Part shown: positions 1 to 11,276 of the stretch, piece after piece
How positions within the stretch are numbered: position 1 is the first letter of the stretch
How the letters are laid out: every line of letters begins with the position of its first letter
Program-made: the position numbers and the translations under genes
Assembly (NCBI GenBank): GCA_052055015.1
Contig: JBQJIT010000043.1
Origin: Malassezia furfur
Lineage: Eukaryota
Direction: 5' to 3' (one strand)
Length of the DNA stretch: 43,833 bases
Notes under the pieces: generated by a model
Databases searched by the model: none
What the model was told of the DNA's origin: nothing
What the model saw: only the letters and a program-made list of their open reading frames with translations

Positions 1-615
1 GGCACCGCCGCCGCGGGCGCCACCGCAGCTGCGGCGCGGCCGTCGGGTGAGGCGCCGGCGGTGCCTGCCAAGTCGACAGCGTACGACAACTCGCCGCTTG
101 TGCTGCACAAGATTGCGCCGGTCGACATGCAGGGCTGGATCAAGAAGAAGGGCGAGCGGTACAACACGTGGAACTCGCGGTACATTGCGCTCAAGGGCCA
201 GGACCTGATTGTGCTGCGCGACCCGGCCGCAGAAAAGGTCAAGGGCCACATCAACATGCGCGGCTACAAGGTGGTTGCCGACGAGAACATGAGTCTTGGG
301 CGCTACGGGTTCAAGATTGTGCATGAGTCGGAGCGCCCGCACTTTTTCAGCCTGGACGACCCGGTGGTGCTGCGCAACTGGATGAAGGGCATGATGAAGG
401 CGTCCATCGACCGCGACCCGTCGCAGCCGGTGATCTCGTCGTACAGCAACCCGACCATCTCGCTCGAGGAGGCGCGCCGGCGCAAGCCGCGGCCCCCGAG
501 CCCGGGCAGCCGCCAGCGCACGCAGCGCGAGCACGTGCGCGACGTCAAGGACCAGCTCACGGCCAAGGACGAGTCGGTGCTGCGCGCCTTGGAGCTGGCC
601 GAGGGGCACCCATAG
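1..615 (+). CDS. C-terminal part of a PH-domain polarity scaffold (Boi1/Boi2/Pob1-like); 5' end lies outside the window
   Basis: Frame is open from base 1 to TAG 613-615. PH-domain motifs MQGWIKKKGERYNTWNSRYIAL, YGFKIV, HFFS and WMKGMMKASIDRD..PVISSYSNPTISLEEAR resemble fungal Boi-type proteins. Confidence 0.7.
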   Translation, partial: GTAAAGATAAAARPSGEAPAVPAKSTAYDNSPLVLHKIAPVDMQGWIKKKGERYNTWNSRYIALKGQDLIVLRDPAAEKVKGHINMRGYKVVADENMSLGRYGFKIVHESERPHFFSLDDPVVLRNWMKGMMKASIDRDPSQPVISSYSNPTISLEEARRRKPRPPSPGSRQRTQREHVRDVKDQLTAKDESVLRALELAEGHP

Positions 616-679
616 TCCCTGTGCGAATAGACACGACACGCGCGCCTAGGCGGCGTGGGCGATTTCTTAGCTACACCCC

Positions 680-1411
680 CTATGTCGACAGCAACTTGGT
701 CGAGAGCCACGCCGTGGCGCCGAGCAGCGCGCCGACCTGCAGGAAGCGGTACGCGGGCGACATGCGCTCTGCGGCCTTTTCCTCCTGGCTCCACCGCCGC
801 TCGCTCCACGCACGGAAGCTGTCGGGGTTGCTGTGCTGTGTGCTGCGTTGCGTGTAGGCCGACTGCGCGCGCGCCGCCTCGCGCCGCGTCTCGCGCTCGG
901 CCATCTTGGCAAACAGGTTGGTCGCGTTCGGCGTCGCACGTGGCGGCGGCGACGGCCGCGCATGCCGCCCCTCGCGCTGCGCCGTGCGCTGTCTATGCTC
1001 CCACGCATAGTTCGCAGTGGCACGCCGGCGCATGTTGTCCGACGCATCGTACATCGGCGCACCGCCCGGCGGCGCAGGGCTGCTGCGACGCCCGGCAAAG
1101 CGCTGGTCGTACTCGCGCCGCGATCGGTCATTTCCAAGCGTTGCATACGCCTCGCTCACGCGCTGGAACATGCGCTTGCCCTCTTCCGATTTGCTCACGT
1201 CCGGGTGGTACTTCTTGGAGAGCTGGTAGAACTGGCTCTTGATCTGCGCCTTGGACGCCGTGTGCGGCAGGCCCAGCACCGCGTACAGGTCCTCCATGTG
1301 CGCCACACGCGTCGCATGCAGCGCACGCACCAGCGAAACAGATACTGCCTCGCTGGGTCCCGACACGCGCCGCTGCGCCCACCGTAGCCCGGTGCTGCTC
1401 ATCCGGCTCAT
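680..1411 (-). CDS. DnaJ/Hsp40 J-domain protein, probably mitochondrial, with a C-terminal hydrophobic segment
   Basis: J-domain DLYAVLGL..ASKAQIKSQFYQLSKKYHPD..FQRVSEAYATLGN..RREYD with HPD motif. Arg/Ser-rich leader (MSRMSSTGLRWAQRR..RALHATR) resembles a presequence. Start could be ATG 1411, 1402 or 1297. Confidence 0.85.
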   Translation of the reverse strand: MSRMSSTGLRWAQRRVSGPSEAVSVSLVRALHATRVAHMEDLYAVLGLPHTASKAQIKSQFYQLSKKYHPDVSKSEEGKRMFQRVSEAYATLGNDRSRREYDQRFAGRRSSPAPPGGAPMYDASDNMRRRATANYAWEHRQRTAQREGRHARPSPPPRATPNATNLFAKMAERETRREAARAQSAYTQRSTQHSNPDSFRAWSERRWSQEEKAAERMSPAYRFLQVGALLGATAWLSTKLLST

Positions 1412-1487
1412 CGTCGGGGCCCACGAAGCGCGCCCATGTGGAGGGGGCGCCCGCAAAAGTTTTCCGGGGGGACCTTTTTTTGTGACG

Positions 1488-2972
1488 ATGGCCGACGCAC
1501 CGCGCGCGCCACGCATCCAGAAGCTCGTGCTCGATGCGGCCCCGCTCTTGACGCAGGCCAAGATTGCTGGGCTTGCAGAGAAGTACTTTATCCCACCTAC
1601 AGTCCTTGCAGAGCTGCGTGACGTCCGCGCGCGCGAATACCTTGAGCATCTGCACACCACCGGGCAGATCGACCTCGAGGTGCGCGAGCCCGGCGCGGAG
1701 GCGATGCGTAAGAGTACGTCACCCCCCTCACACCCAGTGATCGACTTTGCGAAGCAGACAGGCGACTACGCCGTGCTCTCAGCGCCCGACATGCACGTGC
1801 TCGCACTGACCTATGCGCTCGAAGTCGAGACGCACGGCAACTGGCGCATCCGCGACACGGTTGGTGGCAAGGTGCGTCGCACCCAACTCACACAGACGGG
1901 ACAGCAGCAGCATGAAGCGCGCAAACTCGAAGAGAAGCACGCGTCCGCCGTCGCGCCGCAAGAGCCGCAAGCATCGGCCCCGGCCGCGGCACCGCCCAAG
2001 ACACGCGACACTCGGGCGCCGCCGCCGCGCGCCGCCCAACCGGACGACGGCGCCGACGATGATGGATTCGTCACCGTCGATGCACAGCACGGGTTCCAGC
2101 CGAACGCCCAGCCGCCGCCGCCCCGTGCGCCGACGCGCGTCGACGACGACGAGCAGGAAGAAGACGACGAGGACGTCGGCGGCGAGTGGATTACGCCGAG
2201 CAACATTACGCAGCACAAGAACAAGGCGCTCGGGCTCGTTGTCGAAGAGTCAGAGACCATCCCGGAGAAGCCGAGCGGCCGGCGCCGGCGCGGCAAGAAG
2301 AAGGGCAGCAGCGGCGGCGCTTTGTCGGTCGCCTGCATGACGGGCGACTTTGCCGTGCAGAACGTGCTGCTCCAGATGGGGCTGCGACTCGTGAGCGTCG
2401 ACGGTGTACGCATTGAGCGCGTCAAGAGCTGGGTGCTCCGCTGCCACGCTTGCTATAAGTACGTTGACCGCGCACACTGACCCAGAATCTGCAAGGATCC
2501 CGAGCGCAAGTTTTGCCCGTCGTGCGGCAACGCGACGCTGATCCGCACCTCGGTTAGCACTGGCGCCCCGGGGCACGACGGTGACCAGGGCCTCCGGGTG
2601 CACCTCAAGCCCAACTTTGAATACCACAACCGCGGCACGATCTATTCGCTGCCGATGCCCCGTGCAGGCAGCGCGTCCGGTGGGCGGCCGAGCGGGAGCA
2701 GCCGCAACGCCAAGACCGGCGTGCCGATTCTACGGGAAGACCAGCCCGAGTGGCAGCGCGGCGTCGCCAAGGACAAGCTGCGCAAGCAGAAGGAGGAACG
2801 CGCGCTGCAGCGCTCGTTGGACCAGGGCCAGGACTCGCTCTCGGCGCGCTACGCGGACCCCGACTGGCTCCCGGACCTTCTTACGGGTAAGCACACGGCC
2901 ACCGGCCCTGACCTGCCGGCGCTTGGCATCGGACGCAAGAACCCCAACGAACGCAGACGGCGGAGAAAGTAG
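1488..2972 (+). CDS. NOB1: 20S pre-rRNA D-site endonuclease Nob1 (PIN domain plus Zn ribbon); introns about 1714-1737, 1872-1895, 2459-2485
   Basis: LVLDAAPLL, FAKQTGDYAVLSAPD, GEWITPSNI, TGDFAVQNVLLQMGL and RCHACYK|ICKDPERKFCPSCGN, the last restored by removing the 27-nt intron 2459-2485. The first donor is ambiguous (1708 or 1714). Confidence 0.95.
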
Positions 2973-2980
2973 GTTGATTT

Positions 2981-3284
2981 CTATACGCGCTCCGTGCTCC
3001 AGAAGCTATTCGTCGCAAACTCAGGCGGCGCTTCTGGATTGTGCTGGGTGAGTCGGCGTGCACACATACCGCTTGCCCGCGTGTGCTTCCTGTAATGCGG
3101 TAGTCCCGGCGCATCATCATACGGTCCCAGTTGTCGAGGTTATGGCGCAGAGGCTGGGTGAGTGCGCAAGACAAACCTTGCCGTCGTTGGCCAGACGCGA
3201 AACCGCGCTGTACCCGGTACCAGTGACCGCGAACAGCACGGTAATGATTCCCATCGGGATCACCGACAACAGGGGGACCGGCAT
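2981..3284 (-). CDS. NDUFA1: NADH:ubiquinone oxidoreductase MWFE/NDUFA1 accessory subunit; introns 3154-3176 (23 nt) and 3044-3069 (26 nt)
   Basis: Spliced product MPVPLLSVIPMGIITVLFAVTGTGYSAVSRLANDGK|PLRHNLDNWDRMMMRRDYRITGSTRGQA|HNPEAPPEFATNSFWSTERV*. N-terminal TM helix and D.WDR.MM.RD.R.TG motif fit fungal MWFE subunits. Confidence 0.88.
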
Positions 3285-3757
3285 CGTGAACGAGATAGAT
3301 GGAGCTGTCGGGCTGCGAAAATCGGTCACGTGATGGGCTTCGCGCCGCGGTGCACCAGGCATGCCGGTTGCGCACGGGCTTCGTATAGCGACGACGCGCA
3401 CCGTGAACGCGGATCGGACGGGCGCTGTATTGGTGGCTGTGTCTCTCGTGAAATTGGTGCCCGTCTTTATCCACGTCTGCTTTGTTCTACTTGACATGGC
3501 ACATCACATTGGTCGCGCACACGCGTGCAGACCTAGCCTCCTAGACAGTCCATGTATTCGCGACCGGGCGCTGCCTGTACGCTTTTGATACTCTCAGTCC
3601 TTCGCCATTGTCCTCTGTCACTGTCGGTGCACGGCCGCGCCTACGACCGATAAACGCCGTACGCCTATGTGGAGTAGCGAGAGACATGGGGCGAGAACGA
3701 ATTTTGGATTTCGGGTGTGCCCGTGCAGGCCTCGCGCTTCCGTTGTGATTCATCGCG

Positions 3758-5028
3758 ATGTCTGATACACAGAACACAGTTCCCGACTTTGAGCACGTTG
3801 AAACGGCCATGTACAAGCAGGAGCCGCCGAAACCGGGTGAGGATTTCCTTCTCGCGATTGTCGGGGCTGGCAACATCAACTTCGGCTCGGACGAAGGGCC
3901 ATGGAACCACTCGTTCCGCCTCGAGCAGTGCGTGTCTCATCGCTGACGATCAGTAAACTCGGCCCACGTCTCAAGGTCGTGGCGTTGATCGACCCTGCCA
4001 GGGAACGTGCGGAGGAAGTGCTTGAAGCCAAGCGTAATTCGTTCGTGGTCAGTGCATACAAGGACACGGTGATCTATGCCGACCTTGAAGACTACCTCAA
4101 AGCGATTACTCCGGAAACCCGCCCGCATGCCATCTGGGTGGGCTCGCCGCCCGCATTCCGAGGTCGCCTGGAGAAAGGACGTAACCTCGAGGTCCTCGTG
4201 GCCGACAACCTGCCGAAGACGGCCATGTTCATCGAGAAGCCTGTCTCCACCGGCCCCGTCGAGGAAGCTGCTGAGGTTGCTCACGACATCAAGAAACGCG
4301 GAAACCTCGTTTCGGTCGGCTACATGCTTCGCTACCTCAAGGTCGTCCAAAAGATGAAGCAGATTATTGACGAGAACAACCTGGTCGTGACGGCAGTGAA
4401 TGGTCGTTACGTCATGGCCTACGAGTATCTTTCCAAGTCGTGGTGGTGGAACAAGAAGCAGAGCCTTGGCCCTGTCATTGAGCAAGCGACGCATTTCTGT
4501 GACCTGGCTCGCTACTTTGGCGGCGAAGTCGACCTGAGCACCGTGTTCGCCCATTCGCTCGAGCACAATGAGCCGGCAGGAAAGCTACGCAAGTTGAACG
4601 TCGATGAAGAGGCCATCCCACCCGAGGACCGCATCCCTCGCGTGACCAGCGCGACCTGGAAGTACGAATCAGGCGCCGTTGGGTCCCTGATGCACTGTGT
4701 TGCACTGCACGGCCAAGACTTCTTTACGCATCTTGATGTCTTTGCGGACGGATACTACCTCCGCCTCGTCGACCCGTACCATGCACCGACCCTCTATGTT
4801 CGGCGCCCTGGTGATGACCACGAGGAGACATACCGCTACTCGGAAGATGACCCATTCTTCTCCGAGGTGTCCAACTTGGTGGACTGCATCGAGCAAGGCC
4901 CGAATGCGGCGCCAATCCTGTCGACCTATGAAGATGCAGTGAAGACATATGCACTGACTTGGGCTATTCGCCTCGCCAGCGAGAAGAAAGCGGACGAGTT
5001 GGCCAAGCTTGCGAAAATCCAGATTTAG
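3758..5028 (+). CDS. Gfo/Idh/MocA-family NAD(P)-dependent oxidoreductase, copy 1 (no presequence); intron 3928-3953
   Basis: Rossmann IVGAGNINFG, family motif FIEKPVS, VGYMLRY and GPVIEQATHFCDL. The 26-nt intron joins RLEH|KLGPRL. Confidence 0.9.
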
Positions 5029-5314
5029 GTACGCATCGCAAAAGTCTTAGGGACATGCAAGTAGGGATGCACTCGGTCGGACTAGCTAAGGGATAGTAAC
5101 AAAGTGATTACTTTTTGAGTAGCGGCGCTGGCACTATCCGAGGTTCTGTGCTGGGATTTGTGGCAACAATGTAGTCAGCGTGACGCCACGTTGCTTGAAG
5201 GCGCTGAAGCCCGATGCTGGATTGCCGTGACTCTCAGGCGGTTTGCCAAAATGCGCCCAATTCCGCACATGTGGAGGTCTGTGACAGCCCGACGTTGGTC
5301 CTATCCTGGTCACC

Positions 5315-5792
5315 ATGTCCACCGCGACGACGGTTGATATCGACCCCAACCTCCTCAAATCTCTCCGGGATTTCCGCCTATCCAAGCGCTCTTCCAAAAA
5401 TGCAGCGCTAGTTGCCAAGATCGACAAGAAAAAGCTGCTTCTCGAAGAGGAAGAATTGCTTGATCCGATCACACCCGATGACCTCGCAGAGGAACTTCCG
5501 GAGCATTCCCCGCGCTTTGTCGTACTAAGTTACGAACTGCGTCATTCCGACGGTCGTGTCTCCTACGTACGTCTGGTCCACTCACCCGACAGCCGCTGGT
5601 TCTCATCTAGTACGCGTTAACCACACTGACATCAGCTGGGCACCCGCATCTGCCAGTATGGAGCTGTCGACACTGTACGCGTCGGCGCTATCCAACTTCT
5701 CGACCCATGCGGATGTCGGCAAGGTCATTGATATCCGTGATGGCCAACTGTCGAATGCTGTGCTGGACGAGCGGCTTGGCGCGCGCCGGTAA
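5315..5792 (+). CDS. AIM7: Glia maturation factor (ADF-H family Arp2/3 debranching factor, Aim7/GMF); introns 5567-5592 and 5610-5635
   Basis: DDLAEELPEHSPRFVVLSYELRHSDGRVSY|PLVLIY|WAP..MELSTLYASA is the GMF signature. It needs a 17-nt micro-exon at 5593-5609. Confidence 0.9.
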
Positions 5793-5796
5793 ACCC

Positions 5797-6051
5797 CTAT
5801 TTTGCAAAGGTATGCTCTGGAGGCAGGATGTCCTTTGGGTGCTTGCTTTCAAAATGGGATGAGAGTACTTTGTAGGACTAGGTAAGACGCTGCAAAGTTG
5901 CACGCACGGGACTAGGGACTCTGCAAACTGGGCAGACAAACTTTAGACCCTGCTCACGCGCCTTGCCCAGCTGAGACTTCCCGCCCTGCTGGGAAGCAGC
6001 ACGTTTCTGAGCGGCGGCCTGTGCTTGCGCCTTGGCATGCCCACGCACCAT
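5797..6051 (-). CDS. Small ZNF706/4F5-like C2H2 zinc-finger protein; intron 5878-5907
   Basis: MVRGHAKAQAQAAAQKRAASQQGGKSQLGKAREQGLKFVCPVCRVPSP|SYKVLSSHFESKHPKDILPPEHTFAK*, with CxxC...HFESKHPK typical of ZNF706. Confidence 0.88.
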
Positions 6052-6441
6052 GGTGGAATGCACGAGCACAGCCACGTGACCGACAAGCTATGCCAAGCAG
6101 ACCAAGACAGGCTTATCCGATCACCAATCTATCGCACGGACGGGCGTATGGTCCGTGGGACCAAACAATCCCGTCATTCCTGCGATACTTTCGCGCCAGG
6201 GTATAGCACTAGGGCATGTCACCCCCCAAAGTTTTGACATTCTACTGTGTAGCTGACGGTGCGATAAGTGATAGGCAAAATTCACGCGGCATTTTTGGCT
6301 GGGGACGTGATCGATTGGAGCGGATTTGTGCTGCAATTGTTCCGAGGAGTTCGTCGCAATAAAAATGTGCCGATGGGGATGCACAGGCGTTGTTTAAATA
6401 AACTACTCCCGAGTTTACTCGCATCGTTACGCTCATCCATC

Positions 6442-7822
6442 ATGAGTCTCCTGGCCACCAAATCGATGCGTGTTGGCCTCTCGCAGCCAATTCGTCGTGC
6501 ATGCCTGTCGACCATGGCCGCAAGGCCCAGCGTCGCGATCCGTGCACCGCCGAAGCGCTTTGCAACCGCACGATACTCGACCAAGCCCGAGTCCACGGCC
6601 GATTTCGACCCGAACGCGGTCACTGCGATGGACAAGCAGGAGCCCCCGGCGCCGGGTGAAGACTTCCGTGTGGCTATTGTTGGTGCTGGTAACATCAACT
6701 TCGGCTCCGATGAGGGTCCATGGAACCACTCGTTCCGTCTTGAGCAGTACGTGCAAACGAAGCTGACCGTGCAGCAAGCTGGGTCCCCGCCTGAAAGTCA
6801 CCGCGCTCATTGATCCCAGTGAGCAGCGTGCGAACCAGGTTCTCAAAACCAAGTGCGAATCCTTCGTCGTAAGCGCGTACAAGGACACGGTGGTCTATCC
6901 GACCGCCGAGGCGTACATTGCGGCGCTCAAGCCCGAGGAGCGGCCGCACGCAATCTGGGTTGGTTCGCCGCCTGCATTCCGTGGGCGTCTGGAACAGGGT
7001 CGTGACCTGGAAGAGGTGCTGACCAAGGGACTACCCGGTGTCCCGCTATTCGTTGAGAAGCCCGTTTCGACAGGTCCCGTGGACCAGGCGTTCACGGTAG
7101 CGCACAAGCTCGAGAAGACCAAGACGCTTGTGTCGGTGGGCTACATGCTCCGCTACCTCAAGGTCGTGCAGAAGATGAAGCAAATCCTCGAGGAGAACAA
7201 CCTCAACGTCATGGGGATCAACGCTCGCTACATTATGGCCTACGAGCACACGGCTAAGCTCGACTGGTGGGACAAGTCGCAGACGTTGGGCCCGATCGTC
7301 GAGCAGGCGACGCACTTCTGCGACCTGGCGCGCTACTTTGGCGGTGAGGCCGACCTGGGCACGGTCATGGCCCACTCGGTGGAGTACTTTGAGCCCGCGG
7401 GTAAACTGAGTAAGATCCCCGTGGACGAGTCGCGTGTCGCGCCCGAGAACCGCATCCCGCGTGTTACCTGTGCGACGTGGAAGTTTGACTCGGGTGCCGT
7501 TGGCTCGCTGACGCACGCTGTTGCGCTCCAGGGACACAACTACTCGACCGAGCTTGACGTGTATGCCGATGGACACATGCTCCGTTTGGTGGACCCTTAC
7601 AACGCACCGATCCTTTACTTCCGTCGTCCTGGTGACGATCATGAAGAGATTGTGCGCTACCAGAACGACGACCCCTTCTTCTCGGAAGTGTCCAACTTTA
7701 TCGACTGCATCGAGAAGGGCCCGGGTGCCTCCCCCATTCTTTCGAGCTACGAGGATGCGGTCAAGACGTACGCGTTGACATGGGCCATCCGCGAGGCCAG
7801 CGAGCGCAGCATCAAGAAGTAG
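6442..7822 (+). CDS. Gfo/Idh/MocA-family oxidoreductase, copy 2, with a predicted mitochondrial presequence; intron 6747-6774
   Basis: Same motifs as copy 1 (IVGAGNINFGSDEGPWNHSFRLEH|K, FVEKPVS, EQATHFCDL) and an intron at the identical codon position. About 48 aa acid-free Arg/Ser/Ala-rich N-terminal extension ending ..ARYS. Confidence 0.9.
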
Positions 7823-7896
7823 ACTGTTCCTCCGTAGCGCCCCCAAGGAACGCGCACGTGACCACATCCACTTGTCCACGGCGCGCTCGACGCACG

Positions 7897-9547
7897 ATGG
7901 AGCAGCGAGCAAACCGGGCGCGGAATGCGGTGCTGGCTGGCCAAGCCGCCGAATCACACGCAGGATGGGGAAGCGCATGGAATAGTGAAAATCTGCCACC
8001 GCTACCGTACGACGGACGCGATACTGCGGCGCGCGGCGCGCGTGCCTCCGATGGGCGGTCGCCGCGCGCGCCGGCGCTCGACGAGGACGTGTACGCCGAT
8101 GCGGCGCGTGCGCCAAAGCGGCCATCGGCAGAGGATCCTGGGCCATCAAAGCGTGCGCGGGATAGCGAGGTACCACGCGCGCTGGACGCGGTACTTGGCC
8201 GTCGGGACGCCTACGTCGACGAGACGCTCGAAGACATCCGTGAGCTGCACCCGCAGTTCGTGGGCGACACGGGTGCGAACGAAGACCACCTAGCGCTGGA
8301 TGACCAGCTGTCATTCTCGTTACCGCAGCGCTACGATGCCGAGGCACGAACGGGCCTTGCTGACGCTGCGGCTGTGGCCGCTGCCATGCACTCGGATGCC
8401 GACCACTCTGAGTCTGTCCCGCGGCGGCTACAGCCGCGCGGCGAGCACGCACAGCGCAAGGTAAAGCCTGGACAGGAAAAGACGCGTGCGGCGTTTGTGG
8501 CCGCGCATGCCGGGCAGACGTACGAGCAGATGGTGTTGGAGCGTGCCTACTCGAGCGACCGGTTGTTTTGGCTCAAAGAGGCGTACGGTCTGACGTGGCG
8601 CACCGGGCGGTGGAGCCAAGAAGAGGAGGATCTGGCGACGGCTGCACTGGACAAGTTCTGCAAGCACTACAAACTGTCGTCCGCGGCGCTTGACGAGCTG
8701 ATCTGGCACCGCAAACCAGAGCAGAAGCACATGCACGAGGAGCTGTGGAAGCACATTGCGTTGTCGGTCGGTACGCGCCCCAACTATGCGGTGCGCATGC
8801 ACATCAAGTCGATGCGTAAGAATGTCGTGCGCGGGGGCAATTGGACGCCGGCCGAGGTCGATGCGCTGGCAGCGGCCGTAGCCGAGCTGGGCCACCAGTG
8901 GGAAAAGATTGGCGAGCGGCTCGGGCGGTCCGGAAATGTGTGCAAGCACTACTGGCGCGAGCAGATGCAGGGCAGCCCCGCGGCACACGCGCCGCAGGGT
9001 GCCTTCCGCCCCGAGGAGGAGGCAGCGCTGCGGCAGGCGGTGCTGGCGTGCTGCGAAAAGGTTGGGTGCGACCCCGATGGCCCAAACCTGCCCTGGACGC
9101 TAATTCACGAGCAGCTCGGCCCGTCGACGCGCCGGATAAGCGTGTTGTCGCGCAAGTGGCGTGGCATGCTCAGCGCGGAACGGCGCAACTCGGAGGACCA
9201 AAACACGCGCTGGTACGCACCGCATGACGACCATGTGCTTTTGCGCCGTGTGCGGGCGCAGCGCAAAGGCAACGCGGCCGACATCGAATTCGACAAGCTA
9301 GCGTCGGACGATTGGCAATGGCCGACGTACGTGGTGAAGAAGCACTGGACGGGCATGCTGCGCAAGCGTGTCCCGCCGCAGTTTTCGGGCGATCTGGACG
9401 GTAAGCGGGCCCTAGCTAACCGCAGCACTGCTGGACCTGCTCGAGAGTCGTGTGCCATCCCCGGACGAGTACAAAATGTTGGCGTCGGGGCGGCGGCCTT
9501 CCAAGTCGTCGGACGACGCCGCGTACGCCGCCGGCGGCCCACAATAG
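7897..9547 (+). CDS. Myb/SANT-repeat DNA-binding protein, Reb1/Nsi1/TTF-I/DMTF1-like; intron 9401-9425
   Basis: GRWSQEE, LWKHIALSVGTR, GNWTPAEVDAL..ELGHQWEKIGERLGRSGNVCKHYWR and GAFRPEEEAAL..LPWTLI are Myb repeats. Canonical intron GTAAGC..GCTAAC.CGCAG moves the stop to TAG 9545-9547. Confidence 0.75.
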
Positions 9548-9610
9548 GCACGCGCTGCGCTGCGCTGGCTGCAGCTGCAGCCGCGATTCGTATCCCTGTA
9601 TATGTATCTA

Positions 9611-10638
9611 CTAATAGCCTGCCGCACCCGGCGCCGTGTCGCCTTCGCGCCGCAGCGAGAGGTACAGCTCCTTCATGCGGTTCAGGTTGCTGGAGCCCGG
9701 CTGGATCTTGGCGATGGTCTTCGACTGGCTGTTCTGCAGGTCCAGCAGCTTGGTGATGCGCGACCACGTCGTGCCCTCGGCCAGCTCCTGCTGCTTTTGC
9801 TCGCGGAAACGCGCCTCGGCCTCCCTGCGTGTGAGTGATGCAGTACGCACTTGTTCTTCCGGATGTTTTTCTCCTTCTCGGCGTTGTAGTCCGCGTAGAA
9901 CTGGTCGATCTCCTGCTCGGCCTTAGACGCCGCCTCGGCACGCATGCGCTCCGCCTGTGCATCACGGCGCGCAATCTCCTCGTCCTGCTTCGCGCGCCAG
10001 GCACGAAGCGCCTCGGTGTCCTCGTCGAGCGTGTCGTACGTGAAGGGCGTCTTTTTGTCGCTCATGCCCATCGGATCGCTCTCTGCCACGGGTGCACGCT
10101 CTGCCACGCTCGGCACCGGCACCACTCCCGACGCGAGCTCGGCGGGCTCGGGGAAGGACGCTTCGAAGCGCGCCTCGAGCCCGGTTTCACCCAGCGCCTC
10201 AGGCTCGCGCGTCACCTCGGTCTCGCTAAACTCGGCGAGGGAGTCGGGGCGCGACACACCGGTGCGCGAGTCGGCCTCGCCAAACTCGGCCAGCGAATCG
10301 ACGCGTGTCACCGGCGCGCGGGCGTCCGGCTCGCCAAATTCGGCCAACGAGTCGGCGCGGGTGAGCGCCGCGCCCGAGGGCAGGCCAGTAGCCGGCACGA
10401 TGGGACGCTCGGGTGCGCCGCTCAGCGCATCCTCAAACTGGTTGTCGTCGTCGAGCGCGGGGAAGTCGTGCGCGGCCTGCTCAAAGTCGTGCTCCGGTGT
10501 CTCCTGCGCGGCACTTCCGCCGAACAGCGTAGCATCGTTGCCCAGAAGCGACCCAGCGGCCTGCCTCTCGCGCTGCAAAAAGTCGGACGTGGGGTCCGCA
10601 GCGTCGGTCTCGCCCAGCTGCCCAAAGTCAAACGCCAT
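9611..10638 (-). CDS. CLC1: Clathrin light chain; intron 9825-9850
   Basis: [66 protein letters not shown] and [18 protein letters not shown]. Confidence 0.92.
10222..10365 (-). repeat. Three imperfect 54-nt (18-aa) tandem coding repeats inside CLC1
   Basis: [18 protein letters not shown] / [18 protein letters not shown] / [12 protein letters not shown]. Equivalent positions at 10222, 10276 and 10330 are exactly 54 nt apart. Confidence 0.85.
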
Positions 10639-10668
10639 GATGGTCGTGACCGAAACCGCCCGCGCGGC

Positions 10669-10674
10669 CACGTG
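10669..10674. promoter_or_regulatory. CACGTG E-box in the 88-bp CLC1/MRPL23 divergent promoter
   Basis: GGCCACGTGGCC palindrome between two divergent ATGs; the same hexamer recurs in most divergent promoters here. Confidence 0.6.
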
Positions 10675-10726
10675 GCCCACCCGGCCGAGGGTGCGACAGG
10701 GGACGTCGTCGCCTCTTTGTTCTTCC

Positions 10727-11223
10727 ATGTCTCAGCGGGTGGGGAATGTAGGTTGCCGCGGCACTCACGCAGACATCGCTCGCGTTTTCGCGCGTGTGGC
10801 ATCACGTTGATGCTCGCGAGCGCGTCCTAGGGCGCCTCGCGCGCTCCATCGCGGTCACGCTCATGGGCAAGCACAAGCCCATCTACGACCCGGCCGTGGA
10901 CGCAGGCGATTACGTCGTCGTTACCAACGCGTCGCACATTGCCGTTACGGGGCGCAAGGACGAGCAGAAGCTGTACCGCCACCACACCATGTACCCTGGC
11001 GGTCTGAAGGAAATTCCGTTCAAGACGATGCTGCAAAAGAAGCCCGAGGAAATCATCCGCCGCGCCGTGTCGGGCATGCTGCCGAAGAATAAGCTGCGCG
11101 AGCGCCGGCTGGAGCGTCTCAAGATCTTTTCGGACAGTACACACCCCTACGAAGAAAAGTAGGTACAGCGCCCTCTGACCCAGCTTCGTGAAGCGGTACG
11201 ACCTGCCCAACCGCCAGCCGTAG
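10727..11223 (+). CDS. MRPL23: Mitochondrial ribosomal protein uL13m; introns 10748-10772 and 11159-11183
   Basis: MSQRVGN|TSLAFSRVWHHVDA..LGRLA..LMGKHKPIYDP..GDYVVVTN..YRHHTMYPGGLK..AVSGMLPKNKLR..HPYEEN|FVKRY. Confidence 0.95.
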
Positions 11224-11276
11224 ACATGCCGCTCCGGCATCATACCCAAGCCTTCACTATGCCTTTTTTTGCCGTC

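Noticed and set aside
7780..9756. 658-aa ORF apparently overlapping oxidoreductase copy 2 and CLC1
   Set aside because: The likely start is ATG 7897, and a canonical intron at 9401-9425 moves the stop to 9547, removing both overlaps.
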